A stretch of DNA of 59,311 nucleotides from positions 1 to 59,311 of the forward strand of contig CAZDGL010000005.1 of NCBI GenBank assembly GCA_964505155.1, written 5' to 3'. This DNA is from an uncultured Candidatus Saccharibacteria bacterium. GTDB taxonomy: Bacteria > Patescibacteriota > Minisyncoccia > Phycocordibacterales > UBA9973. This document shows positions 27,633 to 37,240 of the stretch, piece after piece (the stretch's first letter is position 1; every line of letters starts with the position of its first letter). The position numbers and the translations under genes are program-made. The notes under the pieces are model-generated. The model made no database searches. It had not been told where the DNA came from and was given only the letters and a program-made list of their open reading frames with translations.

Positions 27633-28239
27633 CCTTCTCTATAGCCAAATCTAGTGGTAACCCCTTTTGCCAAGAGTCTTTGTGTGCTGTCATAAAAGCC
27701 ATATAAAGCTTCTTAAAGCTCTCTTTTTCAGAAGTATTTTTATCAATAAGCTGTCTAAGCTTCCAGTACAAAATACCGATCAAAGCTTCGGCTGAATGCT
27801 CTTCTCTAGAAGATTGATATGCCAACCAACGATCTTTTTTGTTTTGAGCAGTTAAGGCATTTGTAACATTAAATATAGTACTTGGCTTAGCAGGCTTTTT
27901 TTCTTCTTTCTGGCTCACGACAAGAGCACCTTCTTTTTCTAAGGCTTTGATAACAGGCTTTGGTAGAGATATTTCTTCAAAAATAAAAAGTGTTGGGCTC
28001 GCGATCAAGTTTTTCAAAATTTCAGTGTTTATCTCTCTTTGATATTCTTCCAACAAATACGAACAATAAACACTTGGTGTTCCGATAGAAAAAAGCGATG
28101 GAAAAGCGTATTGTTTCAGATCCAAAAGAGATGAACTTGTATCATCGAGATATATCACCTCTCCTTTATTTCCTTTCAAAAGTAGTTTTCCTTGATCTAC
28201 CCTCCACTGTTTATTTGCACCAACAATAACCTGTATCAT
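27616..28239 (-). CDS. Putative reduced DNA polymerase III delta subunit (HolA-like)
   Basis: FPSLF motif, IFNVTNAL, LIGILYWKL helical collar; weak similarity only. Confidence 0.5.
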   Translation of the reverse strand: MIQVIVGANKQWRVDQGKLLLKGNKGEVIYLDDTSSSLLDLKQYAFPSLFSIGTPSVYCSYLLEEYQREINTEILKNLIASPTLFIFEEISLPKPVIKALEKEGALVVSQKEEKKPAKPSTIFNVTNALTAQNKKDRWLAYQSSREEHSAEALIGILYWKLRQLIDKNTSEKESFKKLYMAFMTAHKDSWQKGLPLDLAIEKVILEG

Positions 28240-28697
28240 AAAACTTTCTTGACTGATTCTTTATATTTTTTGTACACATCTCCGTATTTAGTCTCAAGGA
28301 TAGACTCGTGTTTCCTAAAAAATACATTTGAAACTATATAAGCAAGTCCTGCGGTCAAAAACAACATGGCAGTACCAGAAGCAAAAGCATAACCCAAAAC
28401 CAAGATAACTAGACCAAGCTGGGTTGGGTTTCTCAGATATCTATAAGGGCCTTTGTTGAAGCATAGTTGTCCTGTTTGCTGTTTTACTTTTTCAAAAATA
28501 TGAGAAGTTATTTGTGCCCAAACCATAAGCAAAGGACCTGCAACAAAACAAAAAACACCAAAAGTGCTTGCGTTTGGCACTGAAAACTTTATCGGGAAAA
28601 AGATACTCAAACAAAGCCCAAAAGAGCATAGTAAAAAATAAGTTAGATATGATGTGGCCAAAACTCTATGTACTGATTGTGTTTTAGTGTTTTCCAT
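28236..28697 (-). CDS. Isoprenylcysteine carboxyl methyltransferase / PEMT-like membrane protein
   Basis: GPYRYLRNP.QLG, ESIL..KYGD.Y..YK..V; ATG at 28697. Confidence 0.85.
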   Translation of the reverse strand: MENTKTQSVHRVLATSYLTYFLLCSFGLCLSIFFPIKFSVPNASTFGVFCFVAGPLLMVWAQITSHIFEKVKQQTGQLCFNKGPYRYLRNPTQLGLVILVLGYAFASGTAMLFLTAGLAYIVSNVFFRKHESILETKYGDVYKKYKESVKKVL

Positions 28698-28714
28698 ATA
28701 AAAGTATTGTAGCA

Positions 28715-31069
28715 CTACTTTAGCTCGTCCAAAGATTTTGCGCCAGAGACCGAAGTAGCAAGTGGTACAGGGGTTATTTGGACTTTTATCGGGGAGTTTT
28801 CTATAGTAGAAATCATGGTTTTCATAACTATTTCTTTAGCGGATTCCAATACCTCATTTTTAACCTCATAAACAAGTTCATCGTGTATTTGCAAAACAAG
28901 TTTAACCTCTTTTTTAAGACCTAGTTTTTCCAAAATTTTATCTATTTGAACAATAGCAATCTTGATAATATCAGCCGCTGTACCCTGAAGCGGAGCATTG
29001 ACTGCCATACGTTCGGCAAAAGATCTGATGAAAGGAATGTTTGAGTTTATGGTTGGGAAATATCTTCTTCTACCAAATGCGGTTTCAGTATAACCATGTT
29101 CTCTAGCAAACTCTCTAGTACTATCAAAATAGCCTTTGATAGTTGGAAACGCACCAAAGTATTCATCATAAAACTTTTGCGCTTGGTCTTTGGTTGTTCC
29201 AAGATTTTTTTGCAAAGCAGTTACACCCATACCATAAATAATCCCAAAGTTAATAACCTTGGCACTACGACGCATTTCAGAAGTGACTTCCTTTTGCGGT
29301 ACACCAAAAACAAGAGAAGCGACACTGGCATGTATATCTTCCCCTTTTTCAAAAGACTCCACCAAGCGCGCGTCTCCTGAGAGCATCGCCAGAACTCTAA
29401 GCTCGATCTGAGAGTAGTCACAAGATAAAAAAGTGTACCCGCTTGGAGCTATAAATCCTTTTTTGACTTCTTTGCCCCAAGAAGCGCTCGCTGGTAAAGT
29501 CTGCATATTTGGATCTGAAGAAGAAAATCTACCTGTCGTAGTTCCGTGTTGGAAAAACTTGGCATGTATCCTACCGTCCTTAGAAATATGAGTCAAAATG
29601 CTTTCAACATAAGAAGATAATATCTTTTGTATTTCTCTATGCTCAAGTATCAAAGGAACTATCGGATGGTTATCTTTTAAAGACTCAAGTGTTTCAGCGT
29701 TGGTTGTAAAAGCGCCACTTTCTTTTCTCTTACCTTTTGTTTTAAGTCCAAGCTTATCAAACAATAGAGCTGACAGTTGTTTTGGAGAGTTTAGATTTAT
29801 CTCTTCTCCAGAGAGCTCCTTAACAGAAACTTCTATTTCTCTAAGCCTCTTTTCTATTTTTGTTTTCAGACTCAAGAAGTGATCTTTGTCGACTAAAATA
29901 CCTGTATTTTCCATCTCTTTAACTATCGGAATGAGAGGTTCTTCTATTTTTTCAAAGACATCCAAAAGGTTCCTTTTGCTGAGCTCTTCACGAGTAACAG
30001 TCCAGGCATCTTTCAAAGAAGAGGTTTTAGTTTTTTGAAGTATGCTTTGATAGTCTGCATTTGTGTTTTCTGAATACAAAACCCATAGAGCAATAGCTGT
30101 CTTGTTGAGTAATTCTTCGTCTATGTTTTCTTCTTTTACCAACTCTTCTTCTATAGAAAATAGGTTTTTGATTCTATGAATCAAACTTCTAAACTCATAT
30201 TTTGAAAGAGCTTCCATTATTTTGTTGGCATCTACCCCTTCTAGATATGGAGCACTTGGTAAAGAATACTCAACTGGAGCATCTATTCTGATAGTTGCCA
30301 AAGTCTTCGAGAAAAATGCATCTTCTTTGTGCTCTTCCAAGATACCGACCATTCTCTCTGACACACCAGAAGCTACTACCTTCTTTTTATCTTTTTCTAT
30401 TGCTTTATACAAACCCTCAATACTGCCAAAATGGCTTATGATAATTGTCGCTGTTTTTTCCCCTATACCTGGTACACCTATGATATTGTCAGAAGCATCA
30501 CCTCGAAGCCCTTTATAGTCCACAAGCTGTTTCGGATCAAAACCAAACCTATTTCTAACGGCTTCTTCATCATACAAAATAGTATCGTTTAGCCCTTTTT
30601 TTAAAGTGAAAACTTTTACCTTAGTACCCTCTACAAGTTGCATAGTGTCCATATCTCCTGAGGCAATGATTATTTCTAGACTAGGAACCTTTTTAAATCT
30701 CTCTACTAAAGTACCGATCACATCATCAGCTTCAAACCCTTCGGCGTCCAAGACCGGGATACTAAAAGAATCAAAGAGTTCTCTGGCTGACTGTAGTTGG
30801 GACACAAGGGCATCTTCTGCTTTGGCTCTTCCAGCTTTATAAGCATCGTAAGCATGATGACGAAATGTAGGCTTTGGCAAATCAAAAGCCGCCACAATAT
30901 AATCTGGCTTAAATGTTTCTATGATTTTGAGTGTCATAGTAGTCACACCATAAAGAGCCCCTGTTGGCTCTCCAGCGCTGTTAGAAAAAGCAGGAAGTGC
31001 ATGATAAGCGCGATGAATGATTGCATGCGCATCTAAAATAACAAGAGTTTTTTTATTTTGCTTTTTCAT
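28715..31069 (-). CDS. polA: DNA polymerase I (5'-3' exonuclease plus polymerase; 3'-5' exonuclease region reduced)
   Basis: HRAYHA, GFEADDVIGT, DYSQIELRVLA, AKVINFGIIYG, LQIHDELV. Confidence 0.97.
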   Translation of the reverse strand: MKKQNKKTLVILDAHAIIHRAYHALPAFSNSAGEPTGALYGVTTMTLKIIETFKPDYIVAAFDLPKPTFRHHAYDAYKAGRAKAEDALVSQLQSARELFDSFSIPVLDAEGFEADDVIGTLVERFKKVPSLEIIIASGDMDTMQLVEGTKVKVFTLKKGLNDTILYDEEAVRNRFGFDPKQLVDYKGLRGDASDNIIGVPGIGEKTATIIISHFGSIEGLYKAIEKDKKKVVASGVSERMVGILEEHKEDAFFSKTLATIRIDAPVEYSLPSAPYLEGVDANKIMEALSKYEFRSLIHRIKNLFSIEEELVKEENIDEELLNKTAIALWVLYSENTNADYQSILQKTKTSSLKDAWTVTREELSKRNLLDVFEKIEEPLIPIVKEMENTGILVDKDHFLSLKTKIEKRLREIEVSVKELSGEEINLNSPKQLSALLFDKLGLKTKGKRKESGAFTTNAETLESLKDNHPIVPLILEHREIQKILSSYVESILTHISKDGRIHAKFFQHGTTTGRFSSSDPNMQTLPASASWGKEVKKGFIAPSGYTFLSCDYSQIELRVLAMLSGDARLVESFEKGEDIHASVASLVFGVPQKEVTSEMRRSAKVINFGIIYGMGVTALQKNLGTTKDQAQKFYDEYFGAFPTIKGYFDSTREFAREHGYTETAFGRRRYFPTINSNIPFIRSFAERMAVNAPLQGTAADIIKIAIVQIDKILEKLGLKKEVKLVLQIHDELVYEVKNEVLESAKEIVMKTMISTIENSPIKVQITPVPLATSVSGAKSLDELK

Positions 31070-31505
31070 ATGGCAGTGGACCTTCTATAACCCTGATCTC
31101 TCCATCGTGGTGAAGTGTGAAGGTTTGAGTATTTAGTTCAGACAAAATCTTAGGCAACCTCTCTGGCCACTCTATGATAACTAGAGCTTTTGGTTCTCTG
31201 AGTAACCCCGAAAATCCTAATGTAGAGAGTTCTTCTTCCTTTTCTATCCTATAAGCATCGATATGTACCAAAGTATAAAAATCACTATGATTTGTTCTAT
31301 ACCACTTGGCAATAACAAAAGTCGGACTGGTGATGATTTCTTCCACCCCAAGCTCTTTGGCTATCGACTGAACCAGTGTTGTCTTACCAGCACCAAGCTC
31401 TCCATAAAAGGCTACTACAGTAGCACTGTGCTCTGAAACCTTTAGATTTGAAAGCACTTCCTTGGCGACATCTTGCAATTGGTCTTGGGAGTAAGATCTT
31501 TTCAT
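31053..31505 (-). CDS. tsaE: tRNA threonylcarbamoyladenosine biosynthesis ATPase TsaE
   Basis: GELGAGKTT, ITSPTFVI, HIDAYR, IEWPE. Confidence 0.96.
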   Translation of the reverse strand: MKRSYSQDQLQDVAKEVLSNLKVSEHSATVVAFYGELGAGKTTLVQSIAKELGVEEIITSPTFVIAKWYRTNHSDFYTLVHIDAYRIEKEEELSTLGFSGLLREPKALVIIEWPERLPKILSELNTQTFTLHHDGEIRVIEGPLPYEKAK

Positions 31506-31523
31506 ATATTATGGATTTTAGCA

Positions 31524-31558
31524 CAAAAAACCGCCCCTAAAGTGAGGGCGGTTTTTTG
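31524..31558 (-). terminator. Terminator of the DUF11 surface protein gene
   Basis: CAAAAAACCGCCC-N9-GGGCGGTTTTTTG. Confidence 0.8.
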
Positions 31559-31575
31559 TTTTAGAGAAGAAGATT

Positions 31576-33501
31576 TTATTCTTTCTTTCTAGCTATTTGT
31601 CTTCCGATAACTATAAGAGCGAGAATGACCAAGATGAGAAGTAGCCATCCAAGAAGTGTAGAAGGGAAAAATGATGAGAGTCCAAAGGCACTAGCGCCAA
31701 GATTGTTGTTTGTAGGACAATCATTACTTACTGTGATCAAAGAGTATGCAATAGCATCTTCTTGAGCACGAGTTGTAGTGTTGGTATAAACAACAGTTGC
31801 TGTTGTAACTGCAAGGTTACCAATAACAGCACTAGAGTTTACACGAGCACTGACTTGCACTGTTCCTGTTCCGCCCACTGGAATATCTCCAAGAGCGATA
31901 GTTACAGTTCGGTCTACCACTTCATAGTCTCCTCGAGAACTGTTGATAAATGTAAGCTCTTTTGGATGCGCGATACGAAGAACTGCATTTTGAAGAGTTC
32001 TGTTAGAAACATTTCTATAAGTTACTGTGTAGTTCATGTCTCCACCAATACACATTCGGTCATAGATATTTTCTACACGTAGCTCAAGGAGTGATGGAGC
32101 ACTGTTAGCTACCACTACATCTCTTTGAGTTACAACTTGAGTTACAACTCTTGGAGGATTGTTGATTATCACTGTAGTTCTTTGTGCTTGGAATCTTACA
32201 GGTTCACCATAAGCAGTACCGTTTTGGTTTTGCACAACTGTTCTGTAGTAATAAACAGTACCAGCGTTAAGACCAGAAATAGTATCACTGATGTATGTAC
32301 TTGTATTTGTTGTAACATTTTGGCTAGAAGTTCTATTGCCAAAAGATCCACTTGTTCCCCATTCAAACCATGCAGTTGTTGGGTAAGTTGTATTTGGTAC
32401 AGCAAGACCATTTAGTCGAGCTGTAGTTTGTCCAACACTTGAAGCGTTAGTTGTGATGGCTTGTGGAGCAGTGTTACTAATGACTTGATTGTACTCACTT
32501 TCATCAGTATATGATGAACAGCCTGGATCTGATGGGTAGTCTCGTAGACCATCTCCATCGTTATCATAACCATCGTTACATTGGTAAGTAGTATTTTGGA
32601 TTTGATTAACACTTACATAAGCGGTTTGTGTTCTAACTTGTCCGTTACCTGTAGCTCGTATCTCGTAAGAGCGAGAGCTATAAAGTGGTCCAAAAGACCC
32701 TGATCCATCAACAGGATATGTTACCCCATCAATAAGAACATTGTCACAGCCAGTAGTAGCCCAATATAGTGTTGTGTAACTACCAGAGACTACGTTCGTA
32801 GGAGAAGCGTAGAAACTGTCGATATAACACTGACCTGTGTTTGTTGTATTGTATTCATCATTATCTGTTAGTGATGAACAACCTGGATCGTTTGGATAGT
32901 CCACACGACCATCTCCATCGTTATCGATGTTGTCATTACATTGATAAACAGTGTTTACAATTGTGTTTGAAATCTTGAAGCGCGCTACAAGCTTTCCATA
33001 GTCACCAGCTTGTACTGTTCCAACATTGAAACCAGAACCAAACAAAGCACTAGAATCAACAGCAGTTCCAGAACTATAAGCTCCTGGATACCATTTAGCA
33101 TCTACAAAAGTTACTGTTTGTGAACTTGTAATACTTACTGTTGCACTTCCAGAAACTGTTGGTGCATTTGTTGCGGAAACACTTCCACTAAAAGAAGCAT
33201 TTGTAGTAGGCCCTTGAACTTGTGGGCTTATACGAATAGCTGTTCCTTGAGCTGCACTATTTCCTGTATTGTGATAAAAGATGTGCACACCAATAGTACC
33301 ATCGGCACTGCCTGTAGCTGTTGGTTGCCAACATCCATTTATCTGGACTTGCTGACATGTACCTGTAGAAACAGTTACGGTCGGCATTTCGCCCGGATTG
33401 TTAAACTCTGCGCCAGCAAAAGCCGGAGTAGTCATAAGAGCTACACCAAATATTGCTGAGAGAGCTGTATAAATAAAGTTTTTCATAATTTTTCTCATCA
33501 T
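31576..33501 (-). CDS. Cell-surface protein: signal peptide, two CxDxxDNDGDG repeats, FnIII-like and DUF11-like domains, C-terminal TM
   Basis: Thr/Ser/Asn-rich beta-type sequence; YQCND..DNDGDG..DYP.DPGCSS twice; C-terminal hydrophobic helix plus basic tail. Confidence 0.8.
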   Translation of the reverse strand: MMRKIMKNFIYTALSAIFGVALMTTPAFAGAEFNNPGEMPTVTVSTGTCQQVQINGCWQPTATGSADGTIGVHIFYHNTGNSAAQGTAIRISPQVQGPTTNASFSGSVSATNAPTVSGSATVSITSSQTVTFVDAKWYPGAYSSGTAVDSSALFGSGFNVGTVQAGDYGKLVARFKISNTIVNTVYQCNDNIDNDGDGRVDYPNDPGCSSLTDNDEYNTTNTGQCYIDSFYASPTNVVSGSYTTLYWATTGCDNVLIDGVTYPVDGSGSFGPLYSSRSYEIRATGNGQVRTQTAYVSVNQIQNTTYQCNDGYDNDGDGLRDYPSDPGCSSYTDESEYNQVISNTAPQAITTNASSVGQTTARLNGLAVPNTTYPTTAWFEWGTSGSFGNRTSSQNVTTNTSTYISDTISGLNAGTVYYYRTVVQNQNGTAYGEPVRFQAQRTTVIINNPPRVVTQVVTQRDVVVANSAPSLLELRVENIYDRMCIGGDMNYTVTYRNVSNRTLQNAVLRIAHPKELTFINSSRGDYEVVDRTVTIALGDIPVGGTGTVQVSARVNSSAVIGNLAVTTATVVYTNTTTRAQEDAIAYSLITVSNDCPTNNNLGASAFGLSSFFPSTLLGWLLLILVILALIVIGRQIARKKE

Positions 33502-33526
33502 TTCCTTTCTAATTTTCGACTCTGGT

Positions 33527-33555
33527 ATTATAGCAAATTATGAGCATTTTGTCAA
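33527..33555 (-). promoter_or_regulatory. Perfect sigma70 promoter TTGACA-N17-TATAAT
   Basis: Plus strand TGTCAA 33550-33555 and ATTATA 33527-33532; AGAAAGGA SD-like motif before the ATG. Confidence 0.8.
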
Positions 33556-33573
33556 TGCCACAGCAATAATAAA

Positions 33574-33595
33574 AACCCTGACCGAAATCAGGGTT
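33574..33595 (-). terminator. Terminator after the 33628 gene
   Basis: AACCCTGA-N6-TCAGGGTT. Confidence 0.65.
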
Positions 33596-33627
33596 CTTGA
33601 CTTACATTTTGAGGCGAAAAATCGGTC

Positions 33628-34104
33628 TCACCATGTTTTTTTAGCCGGCTGTGTAGCCGGTGCATCGATTTGGTCTTTTTTAACCGGTTCCACAGATAAC
33701 TGAATGAGTTCAGTGTTAAAAATGCGAAACGTGTTATATCGGTTTATTGCAAAACCAACACGCTGGCTTGTTTCTTCCAGTTGGGATTTTGTAAAAATCG
33801 TAAACGGATCAATTCCCGGCCCATCCATTTTTACTTCCCTTCCAGGGATAGACCTCAGTGGTAAGAAGCTTGATACTGAATCATATACCGACTTTTTGTC
33901 TGTAATGAGCAGACACTTCTGGTCCAGTGAAAAGAAAAGGTAGTAGTCCGCTTTATCTTTTCCTTTAAGGATTACCTCGTCGGGATGACGAGTGAGCACC
34001 ACCTCTTTGCCTGGTACTTCTTTTTTTGGTTTCTTTTTAAAGATCTGTGCGTTTGTGCTGATAACCATCAACAGAAGCACAAAAAATAAAGCTATTTTTT
34101 TCAT
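33628..34104 (-). CDS. Secreted orphan protein
   Basis: Signal peptide MKKIALFFVLLLMVISTNA-Q; ATG at 34104. Confidence 0.75.
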   Translation of the reverse strand: MKKIALFFVLLLMVISTNAQIFKKKPKKEVPGKEVVLTRHPDEVILKGKDKADYYLFFSLDQKCLLITDKKSVYDSVSSFLPLRSIPGREVKMDGPGIDPFTIFTKSQLEETSQRVGFAINRYNTFRIFNTELIQLSVEPVKKDQIDAPATQPAKKTW

Positions 34105-34130
34105 TGTTAAACTGTTTTTTGTTTGTCTAT

Positions 34131-34158
34131 ATATTACATGAATTATATATTTTGTCAA
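34131..34158 (-). promoter_or_regulatory. sigma70-like promoter TTGACA-N16-TAATAT
   Basis: Plus strand TGTCAA 34153-34158, ATATTA 34131-34136. Confidence 0.6.
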
Positions 34159-34167
34159 GTATAGAAA

Positions 34168-34192
34168 AAGCGGCGGAATAAATCCGCCGCTT
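34168..34192 (-). terminator. Terminator after the 34210 gene
   Basis: AAGCGGCGGA-N5-TCCGCCGCTT. Confidence 0.7.
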
Positions 34193-34209
34193 AGATACAT
34201 AGTTAAAGC

Positions 34210-35259
34210 CTAGTTAAGTGGTCCCTGTGTCAAAACCATCGGAGTATTTCCGAAAGGCGTAAACGGTCCCTGAGTGTATATTTGACCAGGTTGGTCAATA
34301 GAGTTTCCACCATCACCAAATATCCACCTCCCCAAGAAATACCCTCCAACCGCTGCGACTGCATGTGAAAAAATTCTACCACCCGCTGTGTTAAAGAATT
34401 TCTTTTTATGTTTCTGAGGAAGTTCATCATAATGCTTATCGCAAATACGACGACTGTCACAGAGACATGAAGGTTGGCGATTTTGGTCATTATTACACTG
34501 ACGTACATCCTGCTGATGGTTGCATTGTTGTTGATGATTGCAACCACCGACATTTTGCTGATACGAAGCTTGCTGAACTTCCAGAGTATAACTTTGGGTG
34601 TTAAGCTTGGTAAAGTTGTTTTTTTCTACTTCTTTATAAGTAGTAAACCTCTCTATCAAGGTATCAGGTCCATGCTCAATCACCTTTTTTGATCCAGGAA
34701 TATAAACATATTCCGGTTCTTTTTCGGCAGGCTTTTCAACCTTAGGAGCAACAACCTTCCCTTTTCCGGGATAACCAAAGTTCCAACAGGAAACGAACAT
34801 AAAAGGCTCATCCCAACCGGGATAAAACAGTCCAGACTCAATTTTGCCATTAGAAAGTTTTTTAGGCTTTCTGTAGTAGTTTCCCCATTTTTTTGTTTCC
34901 AGGTCATATCGCGAAACGCAGTACAACTTGTTTGGGTCCAAATCTTCTACATAGAGTTTAGGAACAATTTCATCATTGATGACATCGTCTGTTACCTCCG
35001 CAAAGCTTTGATACTTGTTATTGAATGCAATAACCCTGTTTTTAAATTCCTTGTTAAAGGAACCCATCGACATTGTTATCTTAGAAGTATCAGGATTTGG
35101 ATCCTGAAGCCATGCAACAGTGCTGGCTTCATTTTCGGTTCCCTGGTACTTCAGAGTTGCGTCCAAGGTAGTTACTTTGGGCTCTTCTTTTTTTTGTGCT
35201 TCAACTATTTGTGCGCCTGAAAGCGCAATTACAACGAACAAAAGCATGATTTTTTTCAT
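34210..35259 (-). CDS. Secreted orphan protein with a Gln/Cys-rich segment and a C-terminal Gly-rich hydrophobic helix
   Basis: Signal-like N-terminus ending VEA-Q; CNHQQ repeated; AVAAVGGYFLG. Confidence 0.75.
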   Translation of the reverse strand: MKKIMLLFVVIALSGAQIVEAQKKEEPKVTTLDATLKYQGTENEASTVAWLQDPNPDTSKITMSMGSFNKEFKNRVIAFNNKYQSFAEVTDDVINDEIVPKLYVEDLDPNKLYCVSRYDLETKKWGNYYRKPKKLSNGKIESGLFYPGWDEPFMFVSCWNFGYPGKGKVVAPKVEKPAEKEPEYVYIPGSKKVIEHGPDTLIERFTTYKEVEKNNFTKLNTQSYTLEVQQASYQQNVGGCNHQQQCNHQQDVRQCNNDQNRQPSCLCDSRRICDKHYDELPQKHKKKFFNTAGGRIFSHAVAAVGGYFLGRWIFGDGGNSIDQPGQIYTQGPFTPFGNTPMVLTQGPLN

Positions 35260-35307
35260 TTATCAGAGTTTTTACGGTATTGAAAAATATTTTTTGATTT
35301 CTAATAT

Positions 35308-35336
35308 ATCATAGCATATCTAGACTTATTTGTCAA
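35308..35336 (-). promoter_or_regulatory. sigma70 promoter TTGACA-N17-TATGAT
   Basis: Plus strand TGTCAA 35331-35336, ATCATA 35308-35313. Confidence 0.7.
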
Positions 35337-35410
35337 ATGCCAATTCTCCCCCTGTTTTGGAGGCCAAAATAGGCGATAAAATAAGACATTTAAGTTATAC
35401 TATCTATACA

Positions 35411-37129
35411 ATGGTTCAATTTGATGAAAACGAACAACAAAAAAGGTTAGGCGAGCTTCGTGACCAAGAAGAAGAAAGTTTGGTTGCTATGCTAGCGCAA
35501 AATAAATACCAAATCCCTTTTATTGATCTCTCAGCCCAAGCGATAGACAACGATGCCATCCGACTTTTAACAGAAGAAGAAGCCAAGGCTTATGATGTCG
35601 GACCCTACAAACTCGTTGGCAAAAAGCTTTTCTTGGCAGTGCGCTCCCCTGTAGCAGATGGTGCTCTAAAGGCCAAAGAAGTGCTTGAGGCTAAGGGCTT
35701 TGTCGTAACTATGGTCATGGCCTCAGAAAAAAGTATCAAAAAGGTTTGGAGCCATTACCAGGATCTATCTTTTGCTACTACTTCTCGCCGAGGTGGACTC
35801 GATGTTGCACCTGATGTTTTGGCAGACCTTAGTCAAAAGATTTCTAAGACTGAAGACGCAGTTAGAGAAATAGAGCTCGCAATAAATCAAAAAGATGCCA
35901 AGCAACACATCTCAAGAATCTTGGAAATTATTTTGGGCTCTGGTATAGGACTCGGTGCTTCTGATGTCCATGTAGAGCCGATGGAAGACAAAGTGGAGCT
36001 ACGTTTTCGCCTCGATGGAGTCTTGCGAGTCATTACTCACTTTGACTATGAAACATACAAACAGATAAACACTCGTATCAAACTCCTCTCGGGGATGAAA
36101 CTCACTATCGCAAGCAATCCTCAAGATGGACGCTTCAGCGCCTTTTTACCAGAGAGCGGAACCGAAAAAGAAATAGAAATCTCTTTCCGTACTTCTATGA
36201 TCCCTGGTGCATATGGCGAAAGTATCGTACTTCGTATACTCAACCCAAAGTCTATACAAGTAAAGCTTGATGAGCTTGGTATTAGCGCCCCACTTTTCAA
36301 ACTCTTCACTGAAGAAATCCAAAAACCAAACGGCATGATACTTCTCACCGGTCCGACAGGCTCTGGTAAGACCACTACTTTGTATGCCTTCCTCCAACAA
36401 ATATATTCTCCTGAGAAAAAAATCATCACTATCGAAGACCCGATCGAGTATCACCTCGCTGGTATCACCCAAACCCAAACCGATCACAAAAAAAACTACA
36501 CCTTCCTTGAAGGACTCCGATCAGCACTGCGACAAGACCCTGACGTTATCATGGTCGGTGAGATTCGAGACCCAGAGACTGCTAAGATCGCTGTTGAGTC
36601 AGCACTAACGGGTCACATGGTTTTCTCTACTCTTCACACCAACAACGCTGAAGGTGTTATTCCTCGACTTATAGATCTCGATGTAAATCCCAAGATTTTG
36701 GTTTCAGCACTCACCCTCTCTATCGCTCAGCGACTAGTGAGAAAACTTTGTAATGACTGTAAAGAAGAGCAAGACATCACGAGTGAAGAACGCTCTCATA
36801 TAGATAGGATTTGGCAACAAGCTATAGCTGAAGGCAAAGACATAGCGAGTTTTGGAGTATCAAAAGACATTACGAAGCTATACCGAGCAAAAGGTTGCGC
36901 GCTTTGCAACAACACTGGCTACAAAGGACGTATTGGGATATTTGAAGTTATTAAAACTGATGAAAATATAGAAAAGGTCATCACTCAAAATCTAAGTGAG
37001 CGAGAAATCAAAAAAATATCTGAGAAGCAAGGTTATCTAGATATGAAAGAAGATGGACTTATAAAAATCTTGCAAGGTGTGACTGATTTTGCAGAAGTTG
37101 AAAGCGTGGTGGATTTGGTTGAAGACTAA
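35411..37129 (+). CDS. Type IV pilus / type II secretion assembly ATPase (PilB/GspE family)
   Basis: ASDVHVEP, PQDGRF, GPTGSGKTTTLY, TIEDPIEY, LRQDPDVIMVGEIRD, CxxC..CxxC, GYKGRIG; ATG at 35411. Confidence 0.95.
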   Translation: MVQFDENEQQKRLGELRDQEEESLVAMLAQNKYQIPFIDLSAQAIDNDAIRLLTEEEAKAYDVGPYKLVGKKLFLAVRSPVADGALKAKEVLEAKGFVVTMVMASEKSIKKVWSHYQDLSFATTSRRGGLDVAPDVLADLSQKISKTEDAVREIELAINQKDAKQHISRILEIILGSGIGLGASDVHVEPMEDKVELRFRLDGVLRVITHFDYETYKQINTRIKLLSGMKLTIASNPQDGRFSAFLPESGTEKEIEISFRTSMIPGAYGESIVLRILNPKSIQVKLDELGISAPLFKLFTEEIQKPNGMILLTGPTGSGKTTTLYAFLQQIYSPEKKIITIEDPIEYHLAGITQTQTDHKKNYTFLEGLRSALRQDPDVIMVGEIRDPETAKIAVESALTGHMVFSTLHTNNAEGVIPRLIDLDVNPKILVSALTLSIAQRLVRKLCNDCKEEQDITSEERSHIDRIWQQAIAEGKDIASFGVSKDITKLYRAKGCALCNNTGYKGRIGIFEVIKTDENIEKVITQNLSEREIKKISEKQGYLDMKEDGLIKILQGVTDFAEVESVVDLVED

Positions 37130-37141
37130 GGGGGCGCTCGA

Positions 37142-37213
37142 AGGTAGGTGTATCACTTTTTTACTGCGGGGCGCCTACGCGTAGTCCTCGTCGCAAAAGT
37201 GATACGCCTACCT
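37142..37213. repeat. Inverted-repeat element A
   Basis: 19-bp arms (one mismatch) around a 34-nt GC-rich core. Confidence 0.75.
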
Positions 37214-37240
37214 CCTCGCTTTAAATAATAAATTACAGAA

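Noticed and set aside
35411-35520. MshEN c-di-GMP-binding motif in PilB (RLGEL)
   Set aside because: Only the first residues match; the rest of the RLGxxLxxxG repeat pattern is absent
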